From Macrostomum lignano (Eukaryota), in contig NIVC01005195.1 in assembly GCA_002269645.1 (NCBI GenBank), forward strand, positions 1-22,128: DNA of 22,128 bases. Reading direction: 5' to 3'. Positions within the stretch are counted from its first letter, which is position 1; every line of letters begins with the position of its first letter. Below the pieces are notes generated by a model, which saw only the letters and a program-made list of their open reading frames with translations, was not told where the DNA came from and did not search any database. Below are positions 21,141 to 22,128 of this stretch, piece after piece. The position numbers and the translations under genes are program-made.

Positions 21141-22128
21141 GATTATTTTTTATCTTAGAAGCTAAGATCCCCACCTAGCTTCTTGACATAGTGCATTTAG
21201 CTAATCAGAATAGTAGCTGTGGTGATATTATGATAAAGTCACTGTTATGAAATTACAGAATTTAATTTTTACATTAGCTAATGCGTTGTAACAAATAATG
21301 TACTTTCTTTTAAAAAATTGGGTTGCTTGCTAATGAGCTACTAGTATAATCACTGCAAATTTTACTCATTATTTGTTTAGTATTAAGTCCATTAGCAGAT
21401 TTTTTATCCAATTAATTAATTTAATGATTGCTCCATACTCAAATAGATCGATTATCTAGAATTTGGCTTGACTTACACAAAATTAATTAGGACTGCTGGC
21501 TGAGCTGAGCCTGCATGGTACATGATGATTAATTAAATAACATTAAAAACCGTAAGGTAATTAAATATCATCTAAAGAAAAATCGCTAAAGATACATTGG
21601 AGAATGGAGATTTAATTGGGCATAGTCTTTCGTCTTACTTTCATGGAGTTCTAGATCGAACATCTACCTATACGTCTACCTAGAGTGAAACGACTACCTA
21701 TGTGACCATGGGAAACATTTTTAAATGATACAATATCGTTTTTACTGTTTTCGATAAGTATTCGTGGTTGTTATAAATTTTTTAATAAGCGTATGAAAAT
21801 TAAAAACTCAGAAAAATTCCACTCCAGAGTTCTCGATTTAGAGATACGCGGGTGGGGGTCAACCTAGTCTAAGATAAAGGATTTTAAATAACCGCCGCCA
21901 TTATCACGTGCGCAGAATTTCACTCTGCGTGTGGCGACACGCGGGACTCACGGAGAGCCCCAACCCCAACCCACTGCCCCCAAACTTAATCTCTATAGTA
22001 GAGTAGTATAAGTAGTGGTTTCGTTAAAAAATTTATTTTAGGCTTTTATTACGGATATTTGTGTTTATCCAGTTAAAAACACTAATTATAATTTTTACTA
22101 ACAGAATGCCGGTGTACTTTCAAGTTTC

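Noticed and set aside
21700-21990. Possible MITE or DNA-transposon end
   Set aside because: I found no terminal inverted repeat partner or TSD within the window.

Overview
This is eukaryotic (animal) genomic DNA. It has GT-AG introns, GC3-rich exons with CAG/GCA runs, and introns filled with micro- and minisatellites. The style and gene content suggest a lophotrochozoan, possibly a free-living flatworm such as Macrostomum (inference only). Minus strand: (1) a four-coding-exon type I membrane receptor gene (698-3677) with signal peptide, SUEL/rhamnose-lectin-like domain, CUB domain, TM helix and a cytoplasmic tail ending ETSHV; (2) an intronless, divergent universal stress protein (USP) gene (5807-6372) with a motif-rich promoter; (3) a candidate 98-aa orphan ORF (6725-7021). 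Plus strand: tRNA-Leu(TAG) at 7905-7984; a two-coding-exon orphan single-pass membrane protein (15574-15940 + 18739-19256); and a possible first coding exon at 20454. Tandem repeats make up over a quarter of the window, including a ~4.4-kb poly-C-containing 24-bp satellite and a 373-bp perfect (GATA)n tract. All the very long ORFs in the supplied track are repeat artefacts. Both recognisable genes carry small apparent deletions, mostly in homopolymer or short-repeat runs, which points to long-read consensus errors rather than biology. I found no CRISPR array, no transposase or reverse transcriptase, and nothing that proves a new biological system. The best leads are the lectin-CUB receptor, the probably non-ATP-binding USP with its promoter, and the tight co-directional gene cluster.
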